A DNA stretch of 64,000 bases from Anaeromyxobacteraceae bacterium (GTDB lineage Bacteria; Myxococcota; Myxococcia; Myxococcales; Anaeromyxobacteraceae), in assembly GCA_032654565.1 (NCBI GenBank), contig JAULAX010000015.1, positions 992,001-1,056,000 of the forward strand, in the 5' to 3' direction. The notes beneath the pieces are model-generated. The model ran no database searches and was not told the origin of the DNA. It saw nothing but the letters and a program-made list of their open reading frames with translations. Below are positions 50,132-61,907 of the stretch, piece after piece. Numbering within the stretch: the stretch's first letter is position 1; every line of letters begins with the position of its first letter. A program made the translations under genes and the position numbers.

Positions 50132-51181
50132 ATGCGCATCCGCCCCCACGTCCTCGGCCTGCTCGCCACCGCGCTGGTCGCCTGCCAGTCCACCCGCCCG
50201 TCCCAGGCCTCGGACGCCGCCGCCGCGGCCGGCCTCAACGCCCCGGTCGCCAGGATCGGCGCCGAGGTGATCACCGCCGGCGACCTCGACAAGTCGATCC
50301 GCGGCGAGCTCAACGAGATGGAGCAGCGCACCTACGACCTGCGCAAGTCGGCGCTCGACAACCTCATCAACCAGAAGCTGGTGGAGTCGAAGGCCAAGGC
50401 CGCCGCCAAGCCGGTCGACGAGTTCCTGCGCGTCGAGCTGGCGCCCAAGGTCGGCGAGCCCACCGACGAGGAGGCGCGGGCCCTCTACGAGCGGGCCAAG
50501 GCGGCCGGCCAGGTGAAGGAGCCGTTCGACCAGGTCAAGGCCCAGATCGCCCAGTTCCTGCGCCGCCAGAAGAGCGAGGCGGTGCTGGCCCAGTACCTGG
50601 AGCAGATCCGCGCCGAGGCCAAGGTGGAGGTGCTGCTGCCGCCCTACCTGCCGACCAAGATCGAGGTCTCGGCCACCGGGCCGTCGAAGGGGCCGGACGC
50701 CGCGCCGGTCACCATCGTCGAGTTCTCCGACTACCAGTGCCCGTACTGCGTCAAGGCCGAGGCCACGGTCAAGGACCTGTTCGAGCTGGAGAAGTACAAG
50801 GGCAAGCTCAAGCTGGTCTACCGGGACTACCCGCTCCCCAGCCACAACCTGGCCCCCAAGGCGGGCGAGGCGGCCCACTGCGCCGGGGACCAGGGCAAGT
50901 ACTGGGAGATGCACGACCGGCTCTTCGCCGGGGCGCCCAAGCTGGAGGTCACCGACCTGAAGGCCTACGCCCGGGAGCTGAAGCTGGACGAGGGGCGCTT
51001 CACCAAGTGCCTCGACTCCGGTGAGAAGGCCAAGGTGGTGGCCGACCACTTCAAGGCCGGCAACGACGCCGGGGTGCGCGGCACGCCGGCCTTCTTCATC
51101 AACGGCCGGCTCATCTCCGGCGCCCAGAAGCTCGAGGCCTTCACCGCCCTCATCGACGCCGAGCTGGCCGCCAAGAAGTAA
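50132..51181 (+). CDS. DsbA-family lipoprotein with SurA-like N-terminal domain
   Basis: Lipobox 'LVAC'; 'EFSDYQCPYC', 'GVRGTPAFFING'. Confidence 0.88.
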   Translation: MRIRPHVLGLLATALVACQSTRPSQASDAAAAAGLNAPVARIGAEVITAGDLDKSIRGELNEMEQRTYDLRKSALDNLINQKLVESKAKAAAKPVDEFLRVELAPKVGEPTDEEARALYERAKAAGQVKEPFDQVKAQIAQFLRRQKSEAVLAQYLEQIRAEAKVEVLLPPYLPTKIEVSATGPSKGPDAAPVTIVEFSDYQCPYCVKAEATVKDLFELEKYKGKLKLVYRDYPLPSHNLAPKAGEAAHCAGDQGKYWEMHDRLFAGAPKLEVTDLKAYARELKLDEGRFTKCLDSGEKAKVVADHFKAGNDAGVRGTPAFFINGRLISGAQKLEAFTALIDAELAAKK

Positions 51182-51249
51182 CCGGGCGCAGGCAGGCTGG
51201 AACCCCGGCGGTCCGCCCGTTAGGATCCACGGGCCGCCGGGAGGTTCGC

Positions 51250-52362
51250 ATGGGTGGATACGGTCAGGGTGAGGCGTCGGCGCTGGGCGCCAGGCGCCCG
51301 ACGCGCCAGGTGAAGGTGGGAGCCGTCGCCATCGGCGGCGGGGCTCCGGTGTCGGTCCAGTCGATGACCACCACCGACACCGCCGACGCCGCGGCCACGC
51401 TGGCGCAGATCCGGGCGCTGGCCGAGGCCGGGGCCGACATCGTCCGGGTGGCGGTGCCGGGGGCCGAGGCGGCCGACGCCCTGCCGGCCATCTGCAAGGC
51501 CACCCCCATCCCGCTGGTGGCCGACATCCACTTCGACTACCGGCTGGCGCTGCGGGCCCTCGACGCCGGCATCCATTCCATCCGGCTCAACCCCGGCAAC
51601 ATCGGCTCGCGCGACCGGGTCCGCGAGGTGGTCAAGGCGGCCCAGGAGCGGATGGTGCCCATCCGCATCGGCGTCAACGCCGGGTCGCTGGAGCAGGACA
51701 TCGTCGACAAGCACGGCTGGCCCACCGCCGAGGGGATGGTGGAGAGCGCCGAGCGCCACATCCGCTTCCTCGAGGACGAGGGCTACCGGGAGATCAAGGT
51801 CTCGCTCAAGGCCCACGACGTGGCCATGACGGTGGCGGCCAACCGGCTCTTCTCGAAGAAGTTCGACTACCCGCTCCACCTCGGCGTCACCGAGGCGGGG
51901 ACGCTGCTGGGCGGCACCGTCAAGTCGGCGGCCGGCCTCGGCATCCTGCTGGCCGACGGCATCGGCGACACCATCCGCATCTCCTTGACCGCCGACCCGG
52001 TCGAGGAGGTGAAGGTGGCGCGGATGCTGCTCAAGGCGCTCGGCCTCAAGTTCGGCGGGGCCACGCTCACCTCCTGCCCCACCTGCGGGCGCTGCTCGGT
52101 GGCCATGATCCCCATCGCCGAGCGGGTCGAGCAGCGGCTCTCCGCGGTCAAGGGGGAGGTCTCGGTGGCGGTGATGGGCTGCGAGGTGAACGGGCCCGGC
52201 GAGGCGGCGGCGGCCGACGTCGGCGTCGCCTACGGCCACGGCGGGGTCGGCCTGCTCTTCAAGGCCGGCAAGGTGGTGAAGCGGATGAAGGCCGAGGAGC
52301 TGGAGGAGGCGCTGGTGGGCGAGGCGCTCCAGATCGCGGCGGAGCGGACCCCCGCCCCGTAG
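51250..52362 (+). CDS. ispG: HMBPP synthase (MEP pathway)
   Basis: 'VQSMT', 'ADIHF', 'NPGNIG', 'HLGVTEAG', 'SCPTCGR', '[10 protein letters not shown]'. Confidence 0.97.
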   Translation: MGGYGQGEASALGARRPTRQVKVGAVAIGGGAPVSVQSMTTTDTADAAATLAQIRALAEAGADIVRVAVPGAEAADALPAICKATPIPLVADIHFDYRLALRALDAGIHSIRLNPGNIGSRDRVREVVKAAQERMVPIRIGVNAGSLEQDIVDKHGWPTAEGMVESAERHIRFLEDEGYREIKVSLKAHDVAMTVAANRLFSKKFDYPLHLGVTEAGTLLGGTVKSAAGLGILLADGIGDTIRISLTADPVEEVKVARMLLKALGLKFGGATLTSCPTCGRCSVAMIPIAERVEQRLSAVKGEVSVAVMGCEVNGPGEAAAADVGVAYGHGGVGLLFKAGKVVKRMKAEELEEALVGEALQIAAERTPAP

Positions 52363-52426
52363 CTGTCCGGACCGTCCGGGGGCGGGTCCCGCGGCGAGAC
52401 GCGGCCGAGGCCGCGCCGGCCGGGGC

Positions 52427-53848
52427 TCACCAGTTGACGATCGCCGCCACCTGCTCGGCGGTCATCCCCTCGCGGTAGCCGGTGGTGGGCCAGAACCCGG
52501 CGACGATGGCGTCGGCCTCCTGGTCGACCGGCGCGGCCCGCGCCGTGGCGTCGAGGGCGCCGTCGCCGGTCCGGCTCTCGGCCAGCACCACGAACTGGAC
52601 CACCACCCTCACCTGCCCGGCCGGCACCGTGAGCGGGAAGCGGGTCCAGATGTTCGAGGAGCCGCCGCCCAGGCCCAGGCCGGTGGCGCTCCGGAAGGCG
52701 GCCGGCAGCGCGCTGGTGCCGAAGACGAGGGCCAGGTCGCGCCGAGCCGGCGAGACCAGGCTGGCGTCCCAGGACGAGAGGGCCTTCTGGCCGCCGCTCC
52801 GCTGGATCACGGCGTCCTGTCCGGCCCCCAGCTCGTGCAGGTAGCTCACCTCGGTGGTGACGGCGGCGGCGCCGGGGTTGCGGAAGACGTCGACGAAGCG
52901 GGCCCAGCGCAGCTCGGGGCGGGCGAAGACCCGCCGCTCCACCTCCAGCCCCTTGACCATCCGCTTCCCCGAGACCACCTGGCAGGGCTGGTCGGGGCCG
53001 CTCACCACCCAGGGTGTCAGCGCCGCGCCCTCGAAGCCACCGTTCTGGAGCCGCTCGACGCCGCCGCCCTGGAGCGAGACCTGGTCGACGGCCACCGCGC
53101 TCCGGGGCGATCCGCGCAGCTCGAAGACGATCGAGACCGGCCTCCCGGCCATGGCCGAGACGTCGAGCGGGGCGATGGGGCCGCTGGTCACCGCGCCGGC
53201 GGCGTGGACCTCCAGCTCGTCGCCGGTGGCGGTGTCGCGGACCAGCACGCGCCAGGCGGCGGCGCCGCTGGCCACGGCCCCGTCGCGCAGCAGCCCGTGC
53301 TGGGTCCAGCCCAGGGTCACCGGGGCGGCCACCCCGGTCAGGTCCACCGCCTGCGAGAGGCGGGTCCCGGCCTGGGCGCCACCGGTCGCCAGCCGGCCGA
53401 AGCTGCCGGCCAGCACCACCTCGCGGCCGAGCAGGGCGTTGCCGGACGCCACCACGGCGGCCAGGGGCGCCGCGCCGCGGCTCGAGAGCGGCGTGGTCCA
53501 GGCGAGCTCGCCCCAGGCCTGGTCGTAGGGGAAGGGGAGGAGTTCAGGGAAGTCGCCGGGGAGCGAGTCGGCGGAGGGGGGCGTGGCGGGGACGCCGACG
53601 TGGAGCTGCATGGCCCCGGGGAAGACGAACTGGTCGTCGCCGCCGCTCTCCAGCGCGAAGCCGCGGCCGAGGTCCCAGGTGTTGCGCAGGCCCGGCGCCA
53701 GCGACAGGTCCTGCGGCAGGTCGGCCAGGCCGTTCACCGCGGCCGGGGAGGGCAGCGGCGCCGCCGGGTACGGGGCGTGGGGGCCGGGCGAGCCGCAGGC
53801 CGAGGCCAGGGCGGAGAGGCAGACCAGCGGGGCGAGCAGGCGACGCAC
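52427..53848 (-). CDS. Hypothetical lipoprotein with CBM-like beta-sandwich
   Basis: GGAGG RBS and GTG start; lipobox 'ASAC'; 'LQNGGFEG...W'. Confidence 0.65.
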   Translation of the reverse strand: MRRLLAPLVCLSALASACGSPGPHAPYPAAPLPSPAAVNGLADLPQDLSLAPGLRNTWDLGRGFALESGGDDQFVFPGAMQLHVGVPATPPSADSLPGDFPELLPFPYDQAWGELAWTTPLSSRGAAPLAAVVASGNALLGREVVLAGSFGRLATGGAQAGTRLSQAVDLTGVAAPVTLGWTQHGLLRDGAVASGAAAWRVLVRDTATGDELEVHAAGAVTSGPIAPLDVSAMAGRPVSIVFELRGSPRSAVAVDQVSLQGGGVERLQNGGFEGAALTPWVVSGPDQPCQVVSGKRMVKGLEVERRVFARPELRWARFVDVFRNPGAAAVTTEVSYLHELGAGQDAVIQRSGGQKALSSWDASLVSPARRDLALVFGTSALPAAFRSATGLGLGGGSSNIWTRFPLTVPAGQVRVVVQFVVLAESRTGDGALDATARAAPVDQEADAIVAGFWPTTGYREGMTAEQVAAIVNW

Positions 53849-53903
53849 GTGACCTCCGGCGCGAGGCGGCAGGGGAGGGGAGCCTACCACGCGAGCGGCG
53901 CCC

Positions 53904-54254
53904 TCAGGGCTGGCGGGCGCGGCCCGCGCCCAGCGCCGAGAGGAAGACCGCCAGGGCCCGCCGCTCCTCCTCGGTGCCCGGGAACGGCGGCATGTTGGCG
54001 CGCGGGACGGTGGGGAGCCGGCCGATGGTCTGGTAGGCCCGCCCCGCCGACCAGCCGGCCACGCGGCGCTGCAGCGGCACGTCGCGGTGGCAGGAGGTGC
54101 AGCGGGAGGCGAAGACGGCCTGGCCGGCCTCCACCGCCTCCGGGGTCTCGACCAGGGCCGGCGGACCGCGGGCGAGGAGGCCGGCGTCCCAGGCCAGGCC
54201 GGCGGCGACCATGGCGGCGGCGACGGCGAGGGCGATCCAGAGGCGGGCGGGCAC
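53904..54254 (-). CDS. Monoheme cytochrome c
   Basis: N-terminal TM/signal; CTSCH; distal 'MPPF'. Confidence 0.85.
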   Translation of the reverse strand: MPARLWIALAVAAAMVAAGLAWDAGLLARGPPALVETPEAVEAGQAVFASRCTSCHRDVPLQRRVAGWSAGRAYQTIGRLPTVPRANMPPFPGTEEERRALAVFLSALGAGRARQP

Positions 54255-54382
54255 CCGCCACTCCTAGCCCGGCGACCGGCCCGGTGGGAAGCGCGGCGGG
54301 CCCGGGGCGGCGGGGCGCGGCGCCGGCGGCGGCGACGTTGGCCGGGGCGGGGCCCGGCCCGCCGGTGTATAACCCGCGGACC

Positions 54383-56107
54383 ATGACCGCCGTCCGCGCC
54401 TCCAAGGCCTTCATCCCCACCCTCAAGGAAGCCCCGACCGACGCCACGGTCGCCTCGCACAAGCTGCTGGTCCGCGCCGGCTTCGTCCGGCAGCTGGGCG
54501 CCGGCATCTACGACTACCTGCCGCTCGCCAGGCGCTCCCTCACCCGCATCGAGGCGATCATCCGCGAGGAGATGGAGGCCATCGGCGCCCAGGAGTTCTA
54601 CCTGCCGGCCCTCCACCCCGCCGAGATCTGGAAGGAGTCGGGGCGGTGGGAGGTCATGGGCGACAACATGTTCCGGCTCAAGGACCGCAAGGGCGGCGAC
54701 TACTGCCTGGGCATGACCCACGAGGAGATCTTCACCGCCATCGCCCGCGACGAGCTGCGCTCCTACCGCCAGCTGCCGCAGGTCTGGTACCAGATCCAGT
54801 CGAAGTTCCGCGACGAGCCGCGCCCCAAGTCCGGGCTGCTGCGGGTCCGCCAGTTCACCATGAAGGACGCCTACTCCTTCGACGTCGACCGGGCCGGCCT
54901 CGACAAGAGCTACGAGGACCAGCGCCAGGCCTACGAGAAGATCTTCACCCGCTGCGGCCTCGACTTCGTGGCCGTGCAGGCCCACTCCGGCTCCATGGGC
55001 GGCTCCGAGTCGTCGGAGTTCATGGTCCGCACCGAGGCCGGCGAGGACCTGGTGGCCGCCTGCCCGAAGTGCCGCTACGCCGCCAACACCGAGACCGCCA
55101 CCTCCCGCCTCGAGCAGCTCCCCGACCAGCCCGGCCCGCCGGCGCTGGAGAAGTTCGCCACCCCCGGGGTGGTGACCATCGAGGCGCTGCAGCGCCAGCC
55201 CTACGGCGTCGGGGCCCGCCGCCAGCTCAAGTCGCTGATCTACGTCGCCGACGGCGCGCCGGTGGTGGCGGTGGTGCGCGGCGACCAGGATCTCAACGAG
55301 GCCAAGCTGCAGACCGCCACCGGCGCCGTCGAGGTCCGGCCGGCCCGCCCCGACGAGATCCCGGCGCTGATGGGCGCCAGCGCCGGCTCGCTCGGCGCGG
55401 TGAACTTCACCAGGGCCCCGGTCTTCGTCGACCCCTCGGTGGCCGACCGGACCAACATGGTCACCGGCGCCAACCAGGACGGCTTCCACTGGCGCGGCGT
55501 CGACGTGCGGCGCGACCTGCTGGTCCACGGCAGGCTGGCCGAGCTGCGCACCGTCAAGGCCGGCGAGGGCTGCCCGCGCTGCGACGGCACCCTCGACGTC
55601 TTCAAGGCGCTCGAGGTGGGGCACATCTTCAAGCTCGGCACCAAGTACTCGGAGTCGCTCAAGGCCAGCGTCCTCGACGCCGCCGGGGCCCAGGTGCCCA
55701 TGGTCATGGGGAGCTACGGCATCGGCGTCGAGCGCATCCTGGCCGCCGCCATCGAGCTGCACCACGACGCCGACGGCATCGTCTTCCCGCTGGCCATCGC
55801 CCCGTTCCACGCCGCCGTGCTCACCCTCGGCAAGGAGCCGGAGCTGGTGGCGGCGGCCGAGCAGGTGGTGGCGGCGCTGACCGCGGCCGGCCTCGACGTG
55901 CTCTACGACGATCGCGACGAGCGGCCGGGGGTGAAGTTCAAGGACGCCGACCTGATCGGCCACCCCATCCGGATCGCCGTCGGCAAGAAGGGGCTGGCCG
56001 AGGGCAAGGTGGAGTGGAAGCTGCGGAGCGGCAAGGAAGTCACGCTGCTGCCCATCGGCGAGGTGGCGGCCCGGGCCGCGGCGCTGGTGCGGGCGGCGCG
56101 ACCCTAG
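54383..56107 (+). CDS. proS: Proline--tRNA ligase (bacterial type with INS editing domain)
   Basis: 'THEE', '[22 protein letters not shown]', 'EVGHIFKLG', '[10 protein letters not shown]'. Confidence 0.98.
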   Translation: MTAVRASKAFIPTLKEAPTDATVASHKLLVRAGFVRQLGAGIYDYLPLARRSLTRIEAIIREEMEAIGAQEFYLPALHPAEIWKESGRWEVMGDNMFRLKDRKGGDYCLGMTHEEIFTAIARDELRSYRQLPQVWYQIQSKFRDEPRPKSGLLRVRQFTMKDAYSFDVDRAGLDKSYEDQRQAYEKIFTRCGLDFVAVQAHSGSMGGSESSEFMVRTEAGEDLVAACPKCRYAANTETATSRLEQLPDQPGPPALEKFATPGVVTIEALQRQPYGVGARRQLKSLIYVADGAPVVAVVRGDQDLNEAKLQTATGAVEVRPARPDEIPALMGASAGSLGAVNFTRAPVFVDPSVADRTNMVTGANQDGFHWRGVDVRRDLLVHGRLAELRTVKAGEGCPRCDGTLDVFKALEVGHIFKLGTKYSESLKASVLDAAGAQVPMVMGSYGIGVERILAAAIELHHDADGIVFPLAIAPFHAAVLTLGKEPELVAAAEQVVAALTAAGLDVLYDDRDERPGVKFKDADLIGHPIRIAVGKKGLAEGKVEWKLRSGKEVTLLPIGEVAARAAALVRAARP

Positions 56108-56126
56108 GCAGGGGAGGGATGGCCAG

Positions 56127-57338
56127 GTGGACGAGGCGCAGGTCGGCGAGGAGGGCGTGCTGGAGGTGCCGCGGGACGGCCGCCCGTGGCTGGGGGGCAC
56201 GCTCACCGCGCTCTCCATCCTCGAGGTGGTGCAGCTCATCTTCACCTCGCTGAAGAGCGGGGTGCTGCGGCTCTCCTTCGCCCGGGGCAGCGACGCGGCG
56301 GCCGGCGACCGGCCCCACCGGCGCAGCTTCTACTTCCGCGAGGGGCAGCTGGTCTTCGCCTCCTCCTCCGAGCCCTGCGACCGGCTCGGCCCGGTGCTCT
56401 GGCGCGCCGGCCTGGTGGGCTGGGAGGTGCTGCAGCGCTGCAGCGTCGGCGTCGAGTCGGGGCAGCTGCTCGGGCAGGTGCTGGTGAACGAGGGGGCGCT
56501 CACCGCCGGCGACCTCTACGCCGGGGTGGCCGCCCAGGTCCGCGAGATCCTCTTCGAGGCCTTCCTGGACACCGAGGGCGAGTTCCTCTTCGTCGAGGGG
56601 CCACACGGCGAGCTCAACGAGGTCCGGCTCCCGGAGCGGACCCGCGAGCTGCTGCTGGAGGGGCTGAAGCGGGTGGACGAGGTGGAGCAGCTGCTGGCGC
56701 TGGTGGGCGGCCGGGGCGCCGTGCTCACCCGGGCCAGCGCCCCGCCCGGAGAGGCCAGCGAGTACACGCTGCGGCTCCTCGAGGCGCTGGAGGGTTGCCC
56801 CTCCTTCGCCGAGGCCGCCGACGAGAGCCGGCTGGGGCTGCTCTTCGCGCTGCGCGAGGCGGCGGCGCTCATCGGGTCCGGGGTGCTGGTCCGCTCCGCC
56901 CGTCCCGCGCTGACCCCGGCCCCGGTCCGGCCGGCCAGCGCCGACGCCCCGCCCGAGGCCGCGCTGTCGACGGCGCGCCCCCCCGGGCCGTTCGAGCTCT
57001 ACCGGCGCATCTTCCTGCGGGTCCACGCGGCGCTGGCCGCGGCCCGCCCCGGCGCCGAGGCGCGGCTCGACAGCTACTTCGCCGGCCTGCCTGAGCAGCG
57101 CCGCTTCCTCTTCGAGGGGGTGGCCTTCGCCGCCGACGGCGACCTCGACGTGGGCCGGGTGCTGGCCAACGTCACCGCCACGGGCGCCTACCGCGGCGCC
57201 GCCGCAAAGGCCCGCTCGCTGGAGGGGCTGGAGGACCTGCTCACCTTCGCCCTCTTCGAGGTGAAGAACGTGCTGCCCCGGGCCGCCGCCGAGCAGCTGC
57301 TGCGCGAGGTGGGGCGGATGCAGGTGGGCAAGGCATGA
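56127..57338 (+). CDS. DUF4388-like domain protein
   Basis: '[12 protein letters not shown]...KSGVL', '[12 protein letters not shown]...DRLG', '[11 protein letters not shown]'. Confidence 0.75.
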   Translation: MDEAQVGEEGVLEVPRDGRPWLGGTLTALSILEVVQLIFTSLKSGVLRLSFARGSDAAAGDRPHRRSFYFREGQLVFASSSEPCDRLGPVLWRAGLVGWEVLQRCSVGVESGQLLGQVLVNEGALTAGDLYAGVAAQVREILFEAFLDTEGEFLFVEGPHGELNEVRLPERTRELLLEGLKRVDEVEQLLALVGGRGAVLTRASAPPGEASEYTLRLLEALEGCPSFAEAADESRLGLLFALREAAALIGSGVLVRSARPALTPAPVRPASADAPPEAALSTARPPGPFELYRRIFLRVHAALAAARPGAEARLDSYFAGLPEQRRFLFEGVAFAADGDLDVGRVLANVTATGAYRGAAAKARSLEGLEDLLTFALFEVKNVLPRAAAEQLLREVGRMQVGKA

Positions 57339-58024
57339 GCTCGCCGAGCGGCAGGATCTGCAGCGCCCTCGACTTCGCCGGCTGGGCCGAGGCCGAGCCC
57401 TTCGCCCGCCTCATCGCCCCGCACGTGGGGATGCTCAAGGTGGGCCTGGAGCTCTTCACCGCCGAAGGGCCGCCGGTGGTCCGCGCCGCGGCGGCGCTGG
57501 GGCGCCCGGTCTTCCTCGACCTCAAGCTCCACGACATCCCCGCCACCGTGGAGGGGGCCGCGCGCAGCGCCGCCGCCACCGGGGCCGCCCTGCTCACCGT
57601 CCACGCCAGCGGCGGTGCGGAGATGGTGCGGGCCGCGGTGCGCGGGGCCGGGGGGAAGGTCCGCGTCCTCGCCGTCACCGTCCTCACCAGCCTCGACGAC
57701 GCCGCGCTCGAGGCCATCGGCCTGGCCGGCCCGCCCCGGGCGGCGGTGGTCCGGCTGGCCCGGCTGGCCGTCGCGGCCGGCGCCGGCGGGCTGGTCTGCT
57801 CTCCCCACGAGGTGGCGGCGGTCCGCGCCGCGGTCGGCCCCGGGCCGCTGCTGGTGGTGCCGGGCGTCCGCCCCGCCGGGAGCGCCCGTGGCGACCAGGC
57901 CCGGGTCGCCACCCCGGCCGACGCCCTGCGGGCCGGCGCCGACGTCATCGTGGTGGGCCGGCCGCTCCGCGACGCGCCGGACCCGGTGGCCGCCGCGCGC
58001 GCCATCGCCGCCGAGCTGACCTGA
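57335..58024 (+). CDS. pyrF: Orotidine-5'-phosphate decarboxylase
   Basis: 'KVGLELF', '[12 protein letters not shown]', 'PGVRP', 'VVGRP'. Confidence 0.97.
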   Translation: MSSPSGRICSALDFAGWAEAEPFARLIAPHVGMLKVGLELFTAEGPPVVRAAAALGRPVFLDLKLHDIPATVEGAARSAAATGAALLTVHASGGAEMVRAAVRGAGGKVRVLAVTVLTSLDDAALEAIGLAGPPRAAVVRLARLAVAAGAGGLVCSPHEVAAVRAAVGPGPLLVVPGVRPAGSARGDQARVATPADALRAGADVIVVGRPLRDAPDPVAAARAIAAELT

Positions 58025-58084
58025 CGACACACCGGCCCGGGCGCCGCGGCTCAGCCGCGCCGGGCACGACCACCGGAGGTCCAC

Positions 58085-61000
58085 GTGCTCTCGCCCGTCC
58101 TCGCCGCGCTGCTCCTGGCCGCCCCCGCCGCCCCCGCCGCCGCGCCGCCACCACCCCCGGTGGCGGTGGCGCTGGCCAACGCCGGGTTCGAGGCCGGGCT
58201 CGAGGGCTGGACCGCCTCGGGCGCCGCCGCCGTGACCGCCTCGACCGCCGCGCCCCTGGCCGGGGCCCGCTCGCTGCAGGTGGCCGCCCCCGCCGGCGGC
58301 GCCCAGGTCACCGTGCTCTCGGCGCCGGTGGCGCTGCAGGTGGGCAAGCTCTACCGGCTCTCGGCCAGCGTCCGCACCCGCGGCGTGGCCGCCGACCCGC
58401 TGCCGCGCTACCCGACCGCGCTGGGCGCCTGCGTCTCTATGCGCTCCACCCCCTTCACCAACTGCTCGCCGTCGCTGGCCGGCGACCGCGAGGGGCGGCT
58501 GGAGCTGCGCTTCTTCGCCGTCACCGCCCGCGACCAGGTGGCGCTCCACCTCGGCCGCAACGGCACCGCCACCGGCACCGCCAGCTTCGACGAGGTCCGG
58601 CTGGAGCGGCTCGACGACGTCACCGCCTACGTGCCGCTCGAGCAGGTGCGCTGGTCGGGGCCGGGCTTCCGCTACGACGACGGCGGCTGGATCTTCGTGC
58701 ACGTCGAGGGGGAGCCCTACCAGCGCGGCCGGCAGTACGGCGAGCTGGTGGCGGTGGAGCTGGCCCGCTTCCTGGAGAAGCTGGCGGTGCTGCAGGACAA
58801 GGCCGACCCGGAGAAGGGCTGGGCCAACCTGCGGCTGCTGGCCGACGCCCTGATGCTCCGCAAATACGACCCCGAGTACCTCGAGGAGATGAAGGGGATC
58901 GCCGACGGCGCCGTCAAGGGCGGGGCGAAATTCAAGGGGCGCGACCTCGACCTGCTCGACGTGGTCACCCTCAACAGCGCCGTCGACCTCGGCGAGCTCG
59001 GCTCGGCCGTGAAGGTCACCCCCACCCCGCTCTCCGGCAAGAGCTTCCTCAAGGCCGAGGATGAGGCCGATCCGGCGGTCACCGAGAAGGATCGCTGCTC
59101 CTCCTTCGTGGCCACCCGGAGCGCCACCCCCTCCGGCCGCTTCGTCATGGGGCAGCTCTTCATGTGGAACGGCTACAGCGGGGTCCACTGGGACGTCATC
59201 CTCGACGTGGTGCCGTCGAAGGGCCACCGGGTGGTGCTGCAGACCTTCCCCGGCGGCATCCACTCCGGCTCCGACTGGTACCTGAACGACGCCGGCATCG
59301 TCATCGGCGAGACCACCGTGGGCCAGACCCCCTTCGAGGCCAGCGGCACGCCCCAGTCGAACCGGGCCCGCAAGGCGGCGCAGTACGCCACCTCCATCGA
59401 CCAGGTGGCGGCCATCCTGCGCGAGAAGAACAACGGCCTCTACACCAACGACTGGACCATCGCCGACGCCAAGACCGACGAGGGGGCCGACCTGCTGCTC
59501 GGCACCCGGGCCTCGCGCCTCTGGCGCACCGGCAACGGCGACACCCCGGGGAAGCTCAAGGACTTCATCTGGGCCAACAACAACACCCGCGACCCGGCGG
59601 TGCGCGCCGAGTACGCCGTCACCGCCGACGGGGCCCCGGCCGACATGGCCTTCAACACCTGGAACCGCGACGTCGCCTTCTGGAGGTTCTACGCCGAGAA
59701 GGGGAAGGGCGGCATCGACCTCGAGGCCGGCATCCGGCTCCACGCCTCCTCGCCGGTGACCCGGCCGCACGCCTGCGACGGCAAGCTCACCACCGGCGAG
59801 ATGGCGGACAAGCTGGTCTTCATCGCCCACCAGGGCAAGCCGACCATGCGCGAGAAGTGGGTGGGCGGCCGCTCCATGCCCGACCTGCCCAACGCCCTGC
59901 CCCACCTCACCCACGGCTACACCACCTTCAGCCCGGTCACCGTGGCCGACGGCCTCAAGGCGGCCCGGGCCCGGGCCCCCCGGCCGGCCGCGGCGCCGGC
60001 CGCGGCCAAGCTCGACCCCGGCACCGCCAGGGCCGGCCTGGGGTTCGACAAGGCGCTGCTCTGGCAGGGGACCATCTTCCCGGCCAGCGACGCCGACAAC
60101 TGGCTCACCAGCGGGTCGGCCGCCTACCACGCCCTCCTCAAGAAGCTCCCCGACGACCCGCAGAAGGCGCTCGAGGCGCTGCGCGACGGGCTCGGCGAGC
60201 TCGACCTGCGCCACAACTGGCTGGGCACCCGCGAGCCCCTGGCGCCGCCGCTCCTCACCACCAGCGCCTACGACCGCTACGGCCCCTACGCCATCCCCAG
60301 GGTCCGCGGCACCTTCGCGCTGCACCAGCTGCGGCTCGTCCTCGGCGACGCCGCCTTCTCCCGGGTGATGGGGGCGGTGCACACCCGCTTCCGCGGGAAG
60401 CCGGTCAGCACCGCGGCGTTCATCGCGCTGGCCAGCGAGGTGGGCGGCCGGGACGTGGCCCCGCTGCTCGATCCCTGGCTCCGGCGCGTCGACCTGCCCG
60501 ATCCGCGCCTGGCGGTGACGGTGACGCAGGTGGGTGACCAGTCGGAGACCAGCCTCACCGTCACCCAGGCCGGCGCCCCCTGGCGCTACCTGGCCAGCGT
60601 GGCCCTCGAGGGGGCCACCACCCGGCGGCTGGAGCGGGTCGAGGTCACCGGCGCCGAGCAGCGCTTCACCTTCAAGACCGCCGAGCGGCCGCTGCGGGTG
60701 GTCTTCAACGCCGGGCTCGACGTCCCGGTGGCGCGCCGCGACGCCTCCACGCTCCCCGCCATGCTCGACGAGTTCGACCGGCTGCTCTGGGTGCAGGGGA
60801 CCTCGCGGCAGGTGGAGGCCAACCGGACGCTGGCGCTGGTCTGGCGCGACACCGTGGCCGACGCCTTCGTCGAGGTGCTGCCGCCCATGAAGACCGACGC
60901 CGGGCTCGGCGACGACGAGCTGGCGGCCAGCGATCTCGTGGTGGTGGGCGGGCCCGAGGACAACGGCGTGGCGGCCCGGCTGGCGACCCGCTGGACGCTG

Positions 61001-61348
61001 CCGCTGGAGACCGGCCCGGGCTGGTTCCGCTGGCAGGGGACGCTGGAGACCCGCCCCGACGCCGGGCTGGCGGTCGCCTTCCTGAACCCGTGGAACCGCG
61101 GGCGCGCCGCCTACCTCTTCCTCGCCAACTCCAAGGTGCAGCTCTGGCGCATGGTGAAGGGGTACCAGCGCGGCCAGCAGTCGTTCAGCCTGTGGCGGGA
61201 GGGGGAGATCGTCCGCAAGGGCTGGCTCGGGGCCGAGACGCTCGAGGTGGCGGTCGCGCCGGCGCCGGCGGCAGCGCCGCCCGCGGCCCGGCCGCCGGGC
61301 GGACCCGGCGGATCCAGCGGGTCCGGCGCCGGAGGCGCCACCCCGTGA
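58085..61348 (+). CDS. Large exported protein: CBM-like + C45/Ntn hydrolase + M1-aminopeptidase-like C-terminal domains
   Basis: 'NAGFE..L.GW'; 'GEPYQRGRQYG'; 'DRCSSF' (Cys nucleophile); 'ALHQLRLVLGDAAF..LDPWL'. Confidence 0.75.
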   Translation: MLSPVLAALLLAAPAAPAAAPPPPPVAVALANAGFEAGLEGWTASGAAAVTASTAAPLAGARSLQVAAPAGGAQVTVLSAPVALQVGKLYRLSASVRTRGVAADPLPRYPTALGACVSMRSTPFTNCSPSLAGDREGRLELRFFAVTARDQVALHLGRNGTATGTASFDEVRLERLDDVTAYVPLEQVRWSGPGFRYDDGGWIFVHVEGEPYQRGRQYGELVAVELARFLEKLAVLQDKADPEKGWANLRLLADALMLRKYDPEYLEEMKGIADGAVKGGAKFKGRDLDLLDVVTLNSAVDLGELGSAVKVTPTPLSGKSFLKAEDEADPAVTEKDRCSSFVATRSATPSGRFVMGQLFMWNGYSGVHWDVILDVVPSKGHRVVLQTFPGGIHSGSDWYLNDAGIVIGETTVGQTPFEASGTPQSNRARKAAQYATSIDQVAAILREKNNGLYTNDWTIADAKTDEGADLLLGTRASRLWRTGNGDTPGKLKDFIWANNNTRDPAVRAEYAVTADGAPADMAFNTWNRDVAFWRFYAEKGKGGIDLEAGIRLHASSPVTRPHACDGKLTTGEMADKLVFIAHQGKPTMREKWVGGRSMPDLPNALPHLTHGYTTFSPVTVADGLKAARARAPRPAAAPAAAKLDPGTARAGLGFDKALLWQGTIFPASDADNWLTSGSAAYHALLKKLPDDPQKALEALRDGLGELDLRHNWLGTREPLAPPLLTTSAYDRYGPYAIPRVRGTFALHQLRLVLGDAAFSRVMGAVHTRFRGKPVSTAAFIALASEVGGRDVAPLLDPWLRRVDLPDPRLAVTVTQVGDQSETSLTVTQAGAPWRYLASVALEGATTRRLERVEVTGAEQRFTFKTAERPLRVVFNAGLDVPVARRDASTLPAMLDEFDRLLWVQGTSRQVEANRTLALVWRDTVADAFVEVLPPMKTDAGLGDDELAASDLVVVGGPEDNGVAARLATRWTLPLETGPGWFRWQGTLETRPDAGLAVAFLNPWNRGRAAYLFLANSKVQLWRMVKGYQRGQQSFSLWREGEIVRKGWLGAETLEVAVAPAPAAAPPAARPPGGPGGSSGSGAGGATP

Positions 61349-61827
61349 GCAAGGCCCCGTCCACGCCCGCCACCCGGCTGCTGCGCCAGCGCCAGCTGGC
61401 CTACACCGAGCACCTCTACCGCTACGAGGAGCGGGGCGGCACCGCGGTGAGCGCGCGGGAGCTGGGCGTCGACGAGCACGCCGTGGTGAAGACCCTGGTG
61501 ATGGAGGACGAGGCCGGCGCGCCGCTCATCGTGCTGCAGCACGGCGACCGCGAGGTCTCGGTGAAGGGGCTGGCCCGGCAGCTGGGCCGGAAGTCCATCA
61601 CCCCGTGCAAGCCGGAGGTGGCGCAGCGCCACTCCGGCTACCAGGTGGGCGGCACCAGCCCGCTCGGCACCCGCAAGGCGCTGCCGGTCTACGTGGAGCG
61701 GACGGTGCTGGACCTGCCCACCATCTACGTCAACGGCGGCTCGCGCGGCTTCCTGGTGGGGGTCGAGCCCCGGGCGCTGGCGGCGCTGCTCTCCGCCACC
61801 CCGGTGGACGCCGCCATCGAAGGCTGA
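61345..61827 (+). CDS. ybaK: Cys-tRNA(Pro) deacylase
   Basis: 'TPAT', 'VVKTLV', 'GYQVGGTSPLG', 'NGGSRG'. Confidence 0.9.
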   Translation: MSKAPSTPATRLLRQRQLAYTEHLYRYEERGGTAVSARELGVDEHAVVKTLVMEDEAGAPLIVLQHGDREVSVKGLARQLGRKSITPCKPEVAQRHSGYQVGGTSPLGTRKALPVYVERTVLDLPTIYVNGGSRGFLVGVEPRALAALLSATPVDAAIEG

Positions 61828-61907
61828 CGCGACCCACCCCCACCAGGGAGCGGCGGTGTCACGGGAGGAGGATCGACCACCGGGGGCAGGGCGGCTAGCA
61901 TGGGGTC

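Noticed and set aside
44933..51049. 2038-aa version of the activase ORF
   Set aside because: The upstream extension overlaps tam and the DsbA gene; the true start is ATG 49219 (MRRFVGIDVG)
52835..54382. N-terminal extension of ProRS (1090-aa ORF)
   Set aside because: Overlaps two minus-strand genes; ProRS homology begins at 54383
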